A stretch of 64,000 nt of DNA from an uncultured Planctomycetota bacterium. Lineage in GTDB: Bacteria; Planctomycetota; PLA2; JAEUHO01. Location of the stretch: assembly GCA_963752285.1 (NCBI GenBank), contig CAVVXN010000005.1:1920001-1984000 (forward strand), read 5' to 3'. The number at the start of each line of letters is the position of its first letter. The first letter of the stretch is position 1. The position numbers and the translations under genes were made by a program. Positions 9,833-18,964 of the stretch are shown here, piece by piece. The notes under the pieces were generated by a model that was not told where the DNA came from, made no database searches, and saw only the letters and a list, made by a program, of their open reading frames with translations.

Positions 9833-10399
9833 ATGTACTCGACCAGCGACCTGAAGAAGGGCCTCGTCGTGGAGCTCGACGGGGTCCCCCACCTCGTGGA
9901 GTCCGTCCAGGTCTCGGCCCCCACCGCACGGGGGGCGTCCACGATCACCCGCGTCCGGCTCCGCAACCTCAAGACGAGGCTCAAGACGGACCGCTCGTTC
10001 CGCGGCAGCGAGACGTTTCCGGTCCCGGACTTCGAGCGGCGCCCCTGCCAGCTCCTCTACGAGCAGCACGGGACCTACCACTTCATGGACCAGGAGTCCT
10101 ACGAGCAGTTCCAGCTCCCGAAGGAGGCGCTCCAGTGGGAGTCGAACTTCCTCCACGACGGCCTGGAGGGCCTGATCGCCTGGCACAGCGCCGGTGAGAT
10201 CCTGGGCCTCGAGCTCCCGCCGAACGTGGTGCTCGAGGTGACCGACACGCCCCCCGCGATCAAGGGGGCGTCCCAGTCCGCCCGCACGAAGCCCGCCACC
10301 CTCTCGACGGGCTACGTCGTGCAGGTCCCCGAGCACGTCACGAACGGCGACCGTCTCAAGATCGACACCACGGAGGGCGGGTTCCTCGGCCGGGCGTGA
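9833..10399 (+). CDS. efpL: Elongation factor P-like protein EfpL (YeiP subfamily)
   Basis: EF-P fold motifs. The loop SAPTARGAST and C-terminal IKGASQSARTKPATLSTG match the YeiP/EfpL pattern rather than the canonical PGKG loop. Confidence 0.85.
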   Translation: MYSTSDLKKGLVVELDGVPHLVESVQVSAPTARGASTITRVRLRNLKTRLKTDRSFRGSETFPVPDFERRPCQLLYEQHGTYHFMDQESYEQFQLPKEALQWESNFLHDGLEGLIAWHSAGEILGLELPPNVVLEVTDTPPAIKGASQSARTKPATLSTGYVVQVPEHVTNGDRLKIDTTEGGFLGRA

Positions 10400-10411
10400 C
10401 GGGCCCGAACG

Positions 10412-11218
10412 TCACTTCGGGAGGAAGTGCAGCCAGTCCCGGAGCAGGAACTGGGCCCGGCCGATGAAGAGGGACAGGCGCGCCATGACCGTGAAGCCGA
10501 AGGACGCGCCGAACCCGACCATCAGGAACCAGACGCCCAGGCTCGCCGCGAATCCGAACGCGCCCCGGTGAGGCACGGAGAAGAAGAAGTACATCAGGCC
10601 GCAGATCGTCCCGATGATCAGCAGCGGCACGCCGATCTGCCACAGCGGCACGAGCGTGAAGCCGGCGGGAACGCCCGTCCCGTACAGCGCGCTCGCGTAC
10701 TGGATGGGCAGCATGGTGGCGATCTCCAGCTGCGTCGTGATGTTGGCCTGAATCGTCACGGGGATGGCGAGGCCCGACGAGATGCCGATCGTGGCGGCGA
10801 TCGACCAGCGCGACAGCCAGGCCACCTTGGGGAAGATGCGCGTAAGCATGAGGACGCCCAGGATCGCGGGGACCAGCAGCGCCCAGCGGAAGACCACGGC
10901 GCTGCCGAACAGGACGTCGTCCTCGCCGAGCTGGCCGTACACCAGCTTGTCCCAGAACCGCGGTTTCAGGACCTGGAAGGCGTAGTAGACGGCGAAGTAA
11001 CCCATCGCGAGGCCCACCATCATGTGCTCGGCGGCCTTGTAGACGGGATTGTCGCGGTAGAGAAACGAGAGGATGATCAGCGTGAGCCACGCCGCGACCA
11101 CCATTCCCAGCGTCTCCCGGAAGGTCGCCGCGTCGTCGGTCTTCACGGTCGCCGTATACGACCACACGAAGAGACCGAGCAGCACGACCCCGATGGCGAT
11201 CTGCAGCTGACGTTTCAT
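10412..11218 (-). CDS. Conserved polytopic membrane protein of unknown function (last gene of the GlmL/DUF6754 operon)
   Basis: About 7 hydrophobic helices; YRDNPVYKAAEH and FGASFGFTVMARLSLFIGR; ATGA overlap with the upstream gene. Confidence 0.75.
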   Translation of the reverse strand: MKRQLQIAIGVVLLGLFVWSYTATVKTDDAATFRETLGMVVAAWLTLIILSFLYRDNPVYKAAEHMMVGLAMGYFAVYYAFQVLKPRFWDKLVYGQLGEDDVLFGSAVVFRWALLVPAILGVLMLTRIFPKVAWLSRWSIAATIGISSGLAIPVTIQANITTQLEIATMLPIQYASALYGTGVPAGFTLVPLWQIGVPLLIIGTICGLMYFFFSVPHRGAFGFAASLGVWFLMVGFGASFGFTVMARLSLFIGRAQFLLRDWLHFLPK

Positions 11219-12126
11219 CGCTCACCTGCCTTCTTGCGACCGAGGAAGAAGCCGAGGTTCCCGAGGACGATCAAGAGGAGGATGTACATGTGCGTGATGG
11301 ACTGGGGATCCATCCCCTCCGCGGCTCGTCCCAGCGGATCCCCGTACCTCTCGTGCACGAGCTCCTCGTACTCGGCGGCGCCTCTCAGGCCCGCGATCAT
11401 CCCCTTCGACTGCAGGGGGATGTAGGGCGTGAAGTCCGCGGCCATGACGTTCGTGACGCCCATGGCGAAGCGCGCGCCGAAGCGCTCGACGGCGTTCGAG
11501 ATCCAACCCTGGGGGATGTTCGTGCCCGAGAGGTCGAGGACGATCTGGAGGTCCTTGTAGTTCTTCACGTTGCGGAAGATCGGCATGTCGTCCAACGGGA
11601 CCCCGCGGACGTCCTTCGGGTAGTTCGCCCGGATGTCCACGCCGATCGACTGGATGACCGCCCCGTAGGGCGTGTTGAACCCGAGGTACGCGTAGTTCAC
11701 GCCCTCCTCGATGCTCGGGGCCCGTCCCGCGGCCACGTCCTCCTGGTTGAACTCCGCGGCCACGGCGTCGAGGAGGTCCCGAGCGAGGCCGGCGCCCGTC
11801 GGCAGGAAGGAGATGACGACGACCTCCCCGTGCCGGTGGAACACGTGTCGGAGCACGGCCTTGGCCATGGGCCCCAGCTCGGCCAGCGTGCCGGGATCGA
11901 AGTCCATCGAGAGGAGCAGCGGCCGCGAGGCAGGGTCGCTCGCCGGCTTCAGCTTCTCGAGCTCGTCGAACACCATCTGCGTGTACCGGGTCGCGCGCAC
12001 CGGGAGGCGCATCGGGTACTTGAGGGGGATCACGGTCGCCAGCGCGACGCCGAGGAACACCCAGCGCCGGTCCATCCGGGACAGGCCGACGACGAACCGG
12101 CCCAGCATCGGCAGGAAGTTCTTCAT
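11215..12126 (-). CDS. Conserved membrane-anchored protein of unknown function
   Basis: Terminal TM helices around an alpha/beta domain (SMDFDPGTLAELGPM, GLRGAAEYE, MDPQSITH). ATG 12126 has a GGAGG RBS. Confidence 0.75.
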   Translation of the reverse strand: MKNFLPMLGRFVVGLSRMDRRWVFLGVALATVIPLKYPMRLPVRATRYTQMVFDELEKLKPASDPASRPLLLSMDFDPGTLAELGPMAKAVLRHVFHRHGEVVVISFLPTGAGLARDLLDAVAAEFNQEDVAAGRAPSIEEGVNYAYLGFNTPYGAVIQSIGVDIRANYPKDVRGVPLDDMPIFRNVKNYKDLQIVLDLSGTNIPQGWISNAVERFGARFAMGVTNVMAADFTPYIPLQSKGMIAGLRGAAEYEELVHERYGDPLGRAAEGMDPQSITHMYILLLIVLGNLGFFLGRKKAGER

Positions 12127-12128
12127 GG

Positions 12129-12791
12129 CTATCCCCTCCCCACCCAAGTCCGGTCGATGCCGAGCATGAGCTTCAGGGCGGTGGCCGTCATGCCGAGACC
12201 GACTCCGATCATGATGGCGCGCTTCGCCGCCGTGTTGGGGAACTCCATGATCCACTGCTTCGCGTCGGAGATGCCCGGGATCCAGGCCTCACCGAGCGGA
12301 ACGGCGCCGAGCATCACGAGCGCGGCCGCCACGAGCAGGAGCGTCGCCTCGAGGTTCCGCGCGCGGAACGCGCGGAATGCCGCGCTCGCGATGTAGAACG
12401 CGAGCAGGGCGAACATCGTCGCCTCCATCGGCACGAGCCCGTAGTTGAAGAGCCACGTGAAGAGCACGCTGTCCTGGGGGCGGCCCGGCGGGGAGTGGAA
12501 GAGATCCGCGAACGCCCCCGGGAAGAGGCCCGGGAGCATCCCCGGGATGAGGATCACGAAGAACGCGGCGATGGCGAGCAGGTTGTAGCCCCACCCCTTC
12601 GCCTTGCGCCGGAACCGCGCCCAGTGGTGGAGGAGGAACGACAAGATCGCCAGGAAGAACGCGAAGCCCGTGATCACAGGCGTCCAGACGAGGACGAGCT
12701 GGTAGAAGCCGTTCATCCACGGCAGGTAGTACGTGGTGATCATCAGCGTTCCGATGATCAGCGCGATCGCGAGCGGAACGGTGCGTCTCAT
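12129..12791 (-). CDS. Conserved polytopic membrane protein of unknown function
   Basis: About 6 TM helices; ATMFALLAFYIASAAFRAFRARN and PNTAAKRAIMIG; ATGA overlap. Confidence 0.75.
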   Translation of the reverse strand: MRRTVPLAIALIIGTLMITTYYLPWMNGFYQLVLVWTPVITGFAFFLAILSFLLHHWARFRRKAKGWGYNLLAIAAFFVILIPGMLPGLFPGAFADLFHSPPGRPQDSVLFTWLFNYGLVPMEATMFALLAFYIASAAFRAFRARNLEATLLLVAAALVMLGAVPLGEAWIPGISDAKQWIMEFPNTAAKRAIMIGVGLGMTATALKLMLGIDRTWVGRG

Positions 12792-14140
12792 TGCCCCACC
12801 TTGAAGAGCGTTTCGGGGAGGTCCAGGATCCGGTGATCCCAGTCACCGGGGCTCCGGAACGCCGCGTAGACGAAGAACCCCACGGAGAGCAGGACCATGG
12901 CGGCGATGACGATCGCCTTGTTCCAGTCCTGACCTTTCAGGCCGCCCGTGAGCTTGGGGTCGCCGCCCATGTAGGCGCCCGCGGCGTAGAGCTCCTCGCC
13001 GATGAGCGTGTAGTCGCACGCCACGATGAAGAACGGGAGCTGGGTCACGGCGTCCGTCCCGGCGATCTGGATCGCGCCGGTGAGGTTGCCCGTCTCGGCG
13101 AGGAGGAGGGACTCGGCGTAGAACATGCCGAGGAAGAAGTTGGTGGCCGGCTTGTCGCGCACCATGATCCCGTTGACGGCGGCGGCGTACGCGAACTGAC
13201 GAGCGGAGAGGTAGAAGACGTTGTCGTCCGAGTACGCGTCCGGGCGGCCGGCCTTCAGGAACGACTCCCTCACGACCTCCTGCGCGACGGTGAACACGAT
13301 CGGGTCGTAGTTGGGAACGACCAGCTTGCTGTCGTACCGCGCGGCCTTCTCGGCGACCGCGCCGAGGATGCTGAGCGCCGCGAGGGTGGCCACGTCCTCG
13401 ATCGTCGAGATCCCGGGGACGAAGAGGATGGGTTTCCCCATCTCCGTGGAGCGCCCGATCGCCTCCTCGACCGCCTGGATCGCCGGGATGGGTCGGACGT
13501 AGATCTTGCTGTTCCGCTTGAGGATGGGGATCGCGAGCGCGAGGAGCGGAAGGAGGGCCACGATGGCCGCCTTCACGCCCGCGTACGACTCCCCCGCCGC
13601 GAGGATGATGAGCGCGAAGACGAGGCCGAGGGCGACGTAGCCGAGCAGGAAGGGGACGGACACGCGCCGGCCGGCCGCCCAGATCCACCCGAGGATCAAG
13701 GACGTGAAGAGGAACACGAAGACGAGGCTCTTGAACTTCGGGCTGTCGAACGCGTTCGGCTCCGCGACCGCCTCCGTGTCGGCGACGGCACGCGTCCCTT
13801 CGAGGACGGACCCCGGCGACCCGGCGAGCGAGGACACCGCGTAGAACCAGGTGTCGGTCCCCGCCGACCCGTCGAGGTAGGCGTGCGTCGCGCGGTCCAC
13901 GTCGGTGACACGCGTCCAGGGCCCGTCCGCCGCCGGTCCGCGGGAGATCCGGTAGCCCTGGAAGCCCGGCGAGGACTCCTCCTTCGACGCGCCCCACTTC
14001 ACCTGGATCGTCCCGCCGCCCCAGTCGTACGGGTAGTCCACGGCGCTCACGCGGGAGGGCGGCGCCGGGCCTTGCTCCTGCGCGAGGGCGGGCGGCGCGA
14101 AGAGCACCGCCAGCAACAGCACGGGCCACCAACGTCTCAT
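12788..14140 (-). CDS. Fibronectin type III + DUF6754-like domain membrane protein
   Basis: Signal peptide, FN3-like region (QVKW, GYRISR, YLD, FYAVSS), TM helices, then VRPIPAIQAVEEAIGRSTEMGKP...DYTLIGEELYAAGAY, recognised as DUF6754-like. Confidence 0.72.
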   Translation of the reverse strand: MRRWWPVLLLAVLFAPPALAQEQGPAPPSRVSAVDYPYDWGGGTIQVKWGASKEESSPGFQGYRISRGPAADGPWTRVTDVDRATHAYLDGSAGTDTWFYAVSSLAGSPGSVLEGTRAVADTEAVAEPNAFDSPKFKSLVFVFLFTSLILGWIWAAGRRVSVPFLLGYVALGLVFALIILAAGESYAGVKAAIVALLPLLALAIPILKRNSKIYVRPIPAIQAVEEAIGRSTEMGKPILFVPGISTIEDVATLAALSILGAVAEKAARYDSKLVVPNYDPIVFTVAQEVVRESFLKAGRPDAYSDDNVFYLSARQFAYAAAVNGIMVRDKPATNFFLGMFYAESLLLAETGNLTGAIQIAGTDAVTQLPFFIVACDYTLIGEELYAAGAYMGGDPKLTGGLKGQDWNKAIVIAAMVLLSVGFFVYAAFRSPGDWDHRILDLPETLFKVGQ

Positions 14141-14177
14141 GGCGCCCTCCCTCCGGGGGACCCGCCCGCGCGAGCCC

Positions 14178-15305
14178 TCACGACTCGATCATCTCTACGT
14201 TCGCGCGCGGAAGCATGTACTCCTTCCCGGAGTCGAGCTTCACTTGGAGCACGCGCACCTTCGTCTCGCACTCCATCTCATGGAGCTCGTGCGGCAGCCC
14301 GGTCACGTGACCGAGCTCTCCGAAGTTGGGCTCTCGGATGATGCGCACGCGCGAACCCTCGCGGAGGCCCATCGTGAGCGCCTCGCCCCCCATCGCCTCC
14401 GGCCGGGCGCGGTCGAGCTTCGGGATCACGATCTCGGGGCGGATCACGCCCGCACGGATCTGGGTCGCCCCGTTGATCGAGGCGCGGAGCCCCTGGTTCT
14501 CCCTCAGGAGGTCGAAGGTGCGCTGGGCCATCGCGATCTCGCCGAAGCCCTCGGTCAGGACCAGCGTGACGCCGATGTCCTCGTGCCCCGTGATCGCCAC
14601 GCCGAGGTCGTGCCCGAGGAGCGTCTTCAGGTCGCGGTCGTCGAACCCGCCGCAGATGAGACCGCGGACGCCCGCCGCCTTCGCCTTCTCGATCGCCTCC
14701 ATCGTGAGGCGGCGGCCACCGACCAGGAGCTCGCCCTCGGCCCGGGCGGGGATCCGGGCGGCCGTCAGGTCGTCGCCGGGACCGTCCACCACCGTCCTCA
14801 GCGTCCCGCTCGTCTCGCCGCCGACGCCGAAGATGCCCTGGATGAAGGTGCCCCACGTCTCGATCGTGGCGCCCTCCTGCTCGTGCACCTCGGAGACGAC
14901 CCCGTCCACGTACGCGAGGACCTCGACGGGCACCGGCGGCTCCCGGAGCAGCACCTGTCCCGTCACCTTGGAGAGCGTCTCGATCGTGCCCGTGATCGGC
15001 GACTCACAGGTACTCGTGAACAGGCCGAAGAACGACTTCGACTCCGCGATCACCTCGCCCTTCTCGACCTCCTGGCCCTCCGTCTTCTTCATGTACCGGC
15101 CGAGGTCGGAAGCCTCGATCGAGAGGCGGTGCGCGACGTTCACCGAGTGGACGTCGCCGGGGAGCTTGGTCCGCGCGATGACCTGGTCGTGCTTCACGGC
15201 GTCGCCGGCCCTCACGAGCACCTCGCCGAGGAGCGGCAACCGCCGCTCCTTCACGAGGAGCGTGAACTCGGAGACGCGCAGTCCGGGCGTGTAGGCGTGG
15301 CCCAT
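14178..15305 (-). CDS. Conserved hypothetical protein with barrel-sandwich-hybrid repeats and a C-terminal KOW-like motif
   Basis: MGHAYTPGL start; VRAGDAVKHDQVIA and EGQEVEKGEVIA repeats; LREGSRVRIIREPNFGELGHV. Confidence 0.72.
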   Translation of the reverse strand: MGHAYTPGLRVSEFTLLVKERRLPLLGEVLVRAGDAVKHDQVIARTKLPGDVHSVNVAHRLSIEASDLGRYMKKTEGQEVEKGEVIAESKSFFGLFTSTCESPITGTIETLSKVTGQVLLREPPVPVEVLAYVDGVVSEVHEQEGATIETWGTFIQGIFGVGGETSGTLRTVVDGPGDDLTAARIPARAEGELLVGGRRLTMEAIEKAKAAGVRGLICGGFDDRDLKTLLGHDLGVAITGHEDIGVTLVLTEGFGEIAMAQRTFDLLRENQGLRASINGATQIRAGVIRPEIVIPKLDRARPEAMGGEALTMGLREGSRVRIIREPNFGELGHVTGLPHELHEMECETKVRVLQVKLDSGKEYMLPRANVEMIES

Positions 15306-15369
15306 GTCGGTCCTCGTCCTCTCGGAAGAGCGCGGGCCCCTCGTGGACCGCGCGCCGCGCAATCGATCC

Positions 15370-17233
15370 CTACGACTCGAGCTTCGGGTACGCGTCGAGC
15401 GCCTTCGTCCAGCGTCCGATCCACCCCACCCGCTCGGCGGGGTCCTCGGGAATCGTGAAGGGCCGCCGGCCGCGGCAGTCCACGACGATCCCGGTCACGC
15501 CGCCCTCCATCTCCACCTCGACTTCCTTCCCGGGGCCCGCGCCCACGTCGAAGCCGCGCTGCGGCCTGAGCACGCCCTTCGCCTTCGCGTCCCCGTACGG
15601 GAAGGGGAACACGCGGGTGTCCCCGTACGAGAAGGTCTCCCTGATCGGCGATCCGCCCGGCACGTCGATCTCGACTTCGAGGCAGGGCTTGCCCGGCTTC
15701 CCGCTCCCGACCGGCGCGATCACCGTGCCGAGCTGGATCAGGCAGTCCTTGTGGAAGACCTCGACGGCGGCGCGTTTCGCCGACTCCTCGATGCCCTCCG
15801 TGTCCACGGCCGACAGCACGCCGAGCTGCGGCATCATGAAGATGGAGTCCACCGCGATCCGCGTCACGCCCTCGGGCAGGAACGCGTCGATCAGCATCAT
15901 GGCCGCCTGCGCGCGCCGAGGGGCATGGGAGAGGACGCCGCCCGAACCGACCAGGAGGTCGAGCTTCATGAGGTCGACGAGGGTCTTCCCCGACCCCGAC
16001 TGCTTGAACGTGTCGGCGATCGTGCGCGTCTGCTGCACGCCCTTGAGCCCCACCGCGAGCTCCTTGTGCTGGATGAAGGCGAGGCGCAGCGCTTCGCGCG
16101 CGATCGCCTGCTCCACCATGAGCTCCTGGAGGGTCTGCGGGATGGTGGTCGGCCGGATCATCTTGTTCCGGATCCGGTTGCTCAGGTCGCGCTCGTCGAT
16201 CTCGAAGGGGACCCAGCGGAGGATGTTCGCGAGGCCCGCCTCGGCCAGCACGTTCGAGACCGAGTAGCTCATGCCGAGGTTCGCCGAGACGGTGCGGTTG
16301 AAGATCTCCTGCTTCACCCCCTTCTCGTCCTCGGTCGCCAGACGGAGAAGACGTCGGTCGTGGCGCCGCCGATGTCGACGCCGACCACGCTGATGCTCTG
16401 GAGGTGCGCGATCGTCTGGATGATGAGCCCGACCGCGCCCGGGGTGGGCATGATCGGCACCTCGGTCCAGTTCATCAGCTTCTTGTAGCCGGGGGCGTGC
16501 GCCATCACGTGCTCCATGAACAGCTCGTGGATCGCGTCGCGCGCGGGCTTCAGGTTCTCGCGCTCGAGTACGGGCCGCAGGTTGTCCACGATCGTCAGCG
16601 CGCACTTCGCCTCGAGCAGGTCGCGGATGTTCTGGCGCGCGTCCTTGTTGCCGGCGTAGATGATCGGCAGCTTGTACTGTGCGCCGAGGCGCGCCTGCGG
16701 GCGCGCGGCGGAGACGAGCTCCGCGATCTCGACGACCTTGTCCACCGTCCCGCCGTCGGTGCCGCCGGAGAGCAGGATCATGTCGGGCCGGAGCTGGCGG
16801 ATCCGCTCGATCGTTCGTGGGGACGGCGGCCGTCGTTGGTCGCGAGCACGTCCATGACGATCGCGCCGGCGCCGAGCGCCGCCCGCTCGGCCGTCTCGCC
16901 GGTCATCTGCTTGACCACGCCCGCGACCATCATCTGGAGCCCGCCGCCCGCCGACGAGGTCGAGACGTAGAGGTCCACCCCCTCGCCGTCCTTCTCGGGG
17001 CTGATGATTCGTTCGCCGTCGAGGATCTTGCGGCCGGCGAGCTCCTCGACCTCGCCCACGGCGTTCAGGACGCCGCGGGTCACGTCCTCGAACGGCGCCT
17101 CGACCGTGGTCGGCGCCTCGCCGCGGACCACGAGGCGGTACCCGTCCTCCTGCTTCTCGATCAGGATCGCCTTCGTGGTCGTGGAGCCGCAGTCGGTGGC
17201 GAGGATGCTCCGGAGCTCGGTCGGTCCGCTCAT
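15370..17233 (-). pseudogene. glmL: GlmL/MutL-family (glutamate mutase L) ASKHA ATPase, broken by two single-base frameshifts (pseudogene or assembly error)
   Basis: Three consecutive frames: TDCGSTTTK...SSAGGGL; PDMILLSGGTDGG...MPTP...VDIGGATTDVFS; FNRTVSANLGMSYS...GSGGVLSHAP. Adding one base near 16812 and one near 16339 gives a 621-aa ORF. Confidence 0.8.
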
Positions 17234-17667
17234 GCGCTGCCTCCGCCGGCGCGATCGACCCGCGCGGCCTTGATCGCCCGCCACCTCGCGCGGGCCTCCC
17301 GGCGCCTCGCCTTCGCGGCCCTCCGCTCGGCTCGGCGGCGGTCCTGCTCTTCCTGGCTCTCGCGCTCGATCGTCACGATCAGGCGCTCGACGTTGTCGCG
17401 GTTCTCCAGGAGCTCGGCGAAGCGCCGGTAGATGGCGTGGGAGTAGCCCGGGCCGGCGAAGCCCTGTAGGAACGGCTCGAACACGTGGACGATCGGGCTC
17501 GCGGCGACCATCGCCTGCGAGCCCAGGAACGAGAGGGGCCGGTGCGACTCGAGGAAGAGGATCGCCGGCGCCGTCAGGCGACGGGCGACGACCCAGGTCG
17601 CCAGCCGGTCGAAGATCTGCTGGTCGGTCAGATCCTCCGGGGGGGTCGGGTCCGGCTTCTCGGTCAT
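17230..17667 (-). CDS. Small conserved hypothetical protein of the GlmL operon
   Basis: LTAPAILFLESHRPLSFLGSQAM and LLENRDNVERLI; ATGA overlaps on both sides. Confidence 0.7.
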   Translation of the reverse strand: MTEKPDPTPPEDLTDQQIFDRLATWVVARRLTAPAILFLESHRPLSFLGSQAMVAASPIVHVFEPFLQGFAGPGYSHAIYRRFAELLENRDNVERLIVTIERESQEEQDRRRAERRAAKARRREARARWRAIKAARVDRAGGGSA

Positions 17668-18098
17668 GCCCGCTCGGTCTTCGGTTGGAGCCGCCGCTCC
17701 AGGTACGCGAGGACCCGGTCCCGGTCGGGGGCGTCGAACCGCAGGTTGAGGCCGTGGAGCCTGTCGAGACGGGACGGCCGGTCGAACGGGGAGAGCAGGG
17801 CCCCGTACCGATCCGCCTGCCACCGCCGGTAGAGGTCCCAGGGCTTCTCGCGGGTGCCGAACGGGGTCCGGATGGACACGGTATCTTGCGTCATCCGATA
17901 GCGCGTCGGCAGGTAAAACGGGGACAGCGAGACGGCCAGCACGACCGCGGAGAGCGCCGTCATGAGCGCGTCGTGGAAGGCCGCGGCAATGCCCGCCACG
18001 AGCAGGACGAGGAACGCGGTCAGCAGCGCGCCCGTGACGGGTCGATGACGGACGGGGTGACACACCCACTCGATCGCCTCCGGTTCTTCGGACCCCAC
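17664..18098 (-). CDS. Small two-TM membrane protein with a possible PH-like soluble domain
   Basis: EWVCHP, two TM helices, FYLPTRY, LLSPFDRPSRLD; GGAGGAGG RBS before GTG 18098. Confidence 0.68.
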   Translation of the reverse strand: MGSEEPEAIEWVCHPVRHRPVTGALLTAFLVLLVAGIAAAFHDALMTALSAVVLAVSLSPFYLPTRYRMTQDTVSIRTPFGTREKPWDLYRRWQADRYGALLSPFDRPSRLDRLHGLNLRFDAPDRDRVLAYLERRLQPKTERA

Positions 18099-18189
18099 CG
18101 CCCGCGCGCCTCCTCCACCACGTCCCGCTCGAGGGGCGGACCCTATCCGGGGCTCGCCGCCGGCGTCAACTCGTGCCAGGACCGGACCG

Positions 18190-18195
18190 TAGGAT
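18190..18195 (+). promoter_or_regulatory. Putative -10 element TAGGAT, leaderless-type
   Basis: 9 nt upstream of ATG 18205. Confidence 0.5.
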
Positions 18196-18204
18196 CGCCG
18201 TCCG

Positions 18205-18900
18205 ATGGAGATCCGCCTCCTCCCCGACCGCGTGCTCGAGACGTGCAGGACCCTCGAGAGCCGGATCGAGGAGCGGTTCCCGGGCTCGGGGCTGGCCGAG
18301 GTCGCCGCCGACCTCCGCCGGATCGCGGCCGAGGTGCCCGAGCGGGCCGCGGCCATCCGGCGCCCGCGCGCGGGTCTCCGACTCGTGGTCGCGCTGGTGT
18401 TCGCGGCCTCCGTCGGGGTGCTCGCGTACGCCGCGGTCGGGCTCCGCTTCGGGATCCCGGACGGGTGGGAGGCGATCCAGACGGCGGAGGCCTTCATCTC
18501 GGCGGTCGTGTTCCTCGGCGCCGCAACGCTGTTCCTCCTGACGCTCGAGAAGCGGTCGAAGCGGCGGGACCTCCTCGCCGCGATCGAGCCGCTCCGCCTG
18601 CTCGTCCACATCGTGGACATGCACCAGCTGACGAAGGACCCGGAGCGCGCGCGGCCGCGCGGGCCCACGACGCCGTCGTCCCCCCAGGTCGGCCTCGACG
18701 CCCACGCGCTCTCACGCTACCTCGTGTACTGCTCCGAGCTCCTCGCGCTGATCGGGAAGCTCGCCGTCCTCTACGGACAGGGCTTCGACGACGCGCAGGT
18801 CCTCGACGCGGTGGACGACATCACCGACCTGACGATCGCGCTCCACCGGAACATCTGGCAGAAGCTCGTGATCCTGGATCGGCGGGCGGAGCCGACGTAG
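18205..18900 (+). CDS. Conserved hypothetical two-TM membrane protein
   Basis: RIEERFPGSGL, HIVDMHQLTKDP, YLVYCSELL, NIWQKL; coding-like codon bias. Confidence 0.75.
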   Translation: MEIRLLPDRVLETCRTLESRIEERFPGSGLAEVAADLRRIAAEVPERAAAIRRPRAGLRLVVALVFAASVGVLAYAAVGLRFGIPDGWEAIQTAEAFISAVVFLGAATLFLLTLEKRSKRRDLLAAIEPLRLLVHIVDMHQLTKDPERARPRGPTTPSSPQVGLDAHALSRYLVYCSELLALIGKLAVLYGQGFDDAQVLDAVDDITDLTIALHRNIWQKLVILDRRAEPT

Positions 18901-18964
18901 ACCGGCGGTCGGGCGTCGGGGGGCGCGGGGGCCGGACGCGCGGCGGGCGCCCGGGACCGCACGG

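Noticed and set aside
16314..16316. TGA in glmL as a selenocysteine or readthrough codon
   Set aside because: Homology continues in a different frame, so readthrough would not restore the protein.
10412..18098. A glutamate mutase / methylaspartate fermentation operon
   Set aside because: No GlmE/GlmS, B12-binding motif or methylaspartate ammonia-lyase is visible; only the L-type ATPase is present.
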